32,000 nucleotides of DNA from Candidatus Iainarchaeum sp. (GTDB lineage Archaea; Iainarchaeota; Iainarchaeia; Iainarchaeales; GCA-2688035): positions 17,391 through 49,390 of the forward strand of contig JAQTNI010000003.1 in assembly GCA_028713935.1 (NCBI GenBank), read 5' to 3'. The notes under the pieces were generated by a model, which was not told where the DNA came from, ran no database searches, and worked only from the letters and a program-made list of their open reading frames with translations. This document shows positions 31,423-32,000 of the stretch, in pieces. Numbering within the stretch: position 1 is the first letter of the stretch; the number at the start of each line of letters is the position of its first letter. Both the position numbers and the translations under genes were made by a program.

Positions 31423-32000
31423 TCAAAAGCGCTCTTGCAAACAAGGAAGCTTGCGCTCTCCAACATTGGAAAATTCGTTCAAAACCTTTTTTTGGAAAAA
31501 AGCCCCAATAACAGGAATTGCCTCGCTAACAAAAAAAATGCTTCCCGCAACTAAAACAATTTCTTCCTGGCGTTTTAATGCCTCTTCAACAGCCGCTTTC
31601 ACACTTCCAAATTCACGGATTTTTTCGCAGTATTTCTCAGTCTCATGCGCAAGAATCTTTGTGTTGGCACCCCGCCACTCTGCGCTTGCAAGAAAAACCT
31701 CGCGCGCAAGAGGCACTATTTCCCTTGCAATTCCACTGATATCTTTGTTGCTTGCAGTGCCAAAAACAAGCAAAATCTTTCTGCGGGGAAATTCCGCAAG
31801 CATTGTTTTTTTCAAAACTTTCGCGGCTGCTGGATTGTGCGCTGAATCCAGCACAACTAATGGTTTCCCGCGCAAAACCTGGAATCTTGCAGGCCATTCT
31901 GCCTCTGCAATTCCTTTTTCAACTGCGCTCTTCGGAATCTTAAGGCCTTTTTGCCTTAAAATTTTGGCTGCTTCAAATGCAAGCGCTGCATTCCAGAACT
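31423..32000 (-). CDS. folC: Folylpolyglutamate synthase / dihydrofolate synthase (Mur-ligase family), 5'-truncated by the window edge
   Basis: My translation upstream of the ORF-track TTG stays open to position 32000 (...FWNAALAFEAAKILRQKGLKIPKSAVEKGIAEAEWPARFQVLRGKPLVVLDSAHNPAAA...). WPxRF, LDxAHNP, LVFGTASNKD and VAGSIFFVSE match the FolC C-terminal domain. Confidence 0.75.
   Translation of the reverse strand, partial: FWNAALAFEAAKILRQKGLKIPKSAVEKGIAEAEWPARFQVLRGKPLVVLDSAHNPAAAKVLKKTMLAEFPRRKILLVFGTASNKDISGIAREIVPLAREVFLASAEWRGANTKILAHETEKYCEKIREFGSVKAAVEEALKRQEEIVLVAGSIFFVSEAIPVIGAFFQKKVLNEFSNVGERKLPCLQERF

Noticed and set aside
1-32000. Search for tRNA, rRNA, CRISPR arrays, IS elements and long repeats
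   Set aside because: All intergenic gaps are under about 95 nt and AT-rich, with no cloverleaf-capable GC stems. I saw no regularly spaced direct repeats, and no transposase or integrase-like ORFs. The only mobile element detected is the intein.

Overview
Compact, AT-rich (about 40% GC by eye), almost gapless segment with about 38 protein genes. I see no rRNA, tRNA or CRISPR. Lineage signals are archaeal: an archaeal/eukaryotic-type TyrRS, a small RibL-type FAD synthase, TATA-like boxes about 22-27 nt upstream of several start codons (leaderless mRNAs), and a LAGLIDADG intein. The gene density, forced TTG starts and many basic orphan proteins would fit a small-genome, DPANN-like archaeon, but that is inference only. 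The core (7.3-29.4 kb, plus folC at the right edge) is a purine de novo plus folate one-carbon supercluster: MTHFS, purD, purN, folD, guaB, purA, purH, purM, purQ, purL, purE, purC, purB, glyA, folC. purF, guaA, purK and a free-standing purS are not in the window. The left part carries a secreted Tyr-rich protein, an ECF-type transporter operon headed by a basic orphan and ribL, tyrS flanked by a small family of basic orphan proteins, hsp20, and a SAM-decarboxylase/aminopropyltransferase fusion. Most notable observations: (1) guaB is interrupted by a 454-aa LAGLIDADG intein inserted exactly before the catalytic Cys. (2) The pur operons are punctuated by accessory insertions: a RelE/RHH pair plus a HIT hydrolase, VapBC, and three orphan ORFs. 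One orphan sits inside purL-purQ-X-purM-purH and has sharply different Arg codon usage. (3) An orphan RHH gene between purD and purN is a paralogue of the RelE-linked antitoxin, and both sit next to near-identical TTGTATA..TACAA palindromes. (4) Several domain architectures are unusual: a PurS-like N-domain fused to PurL with separate PurQ, PurE plus a degenerate half copy, and a fused asymmetric EcfA-EcfA'. All functional calls rest on motif recognition by eye and none was checked by database search.
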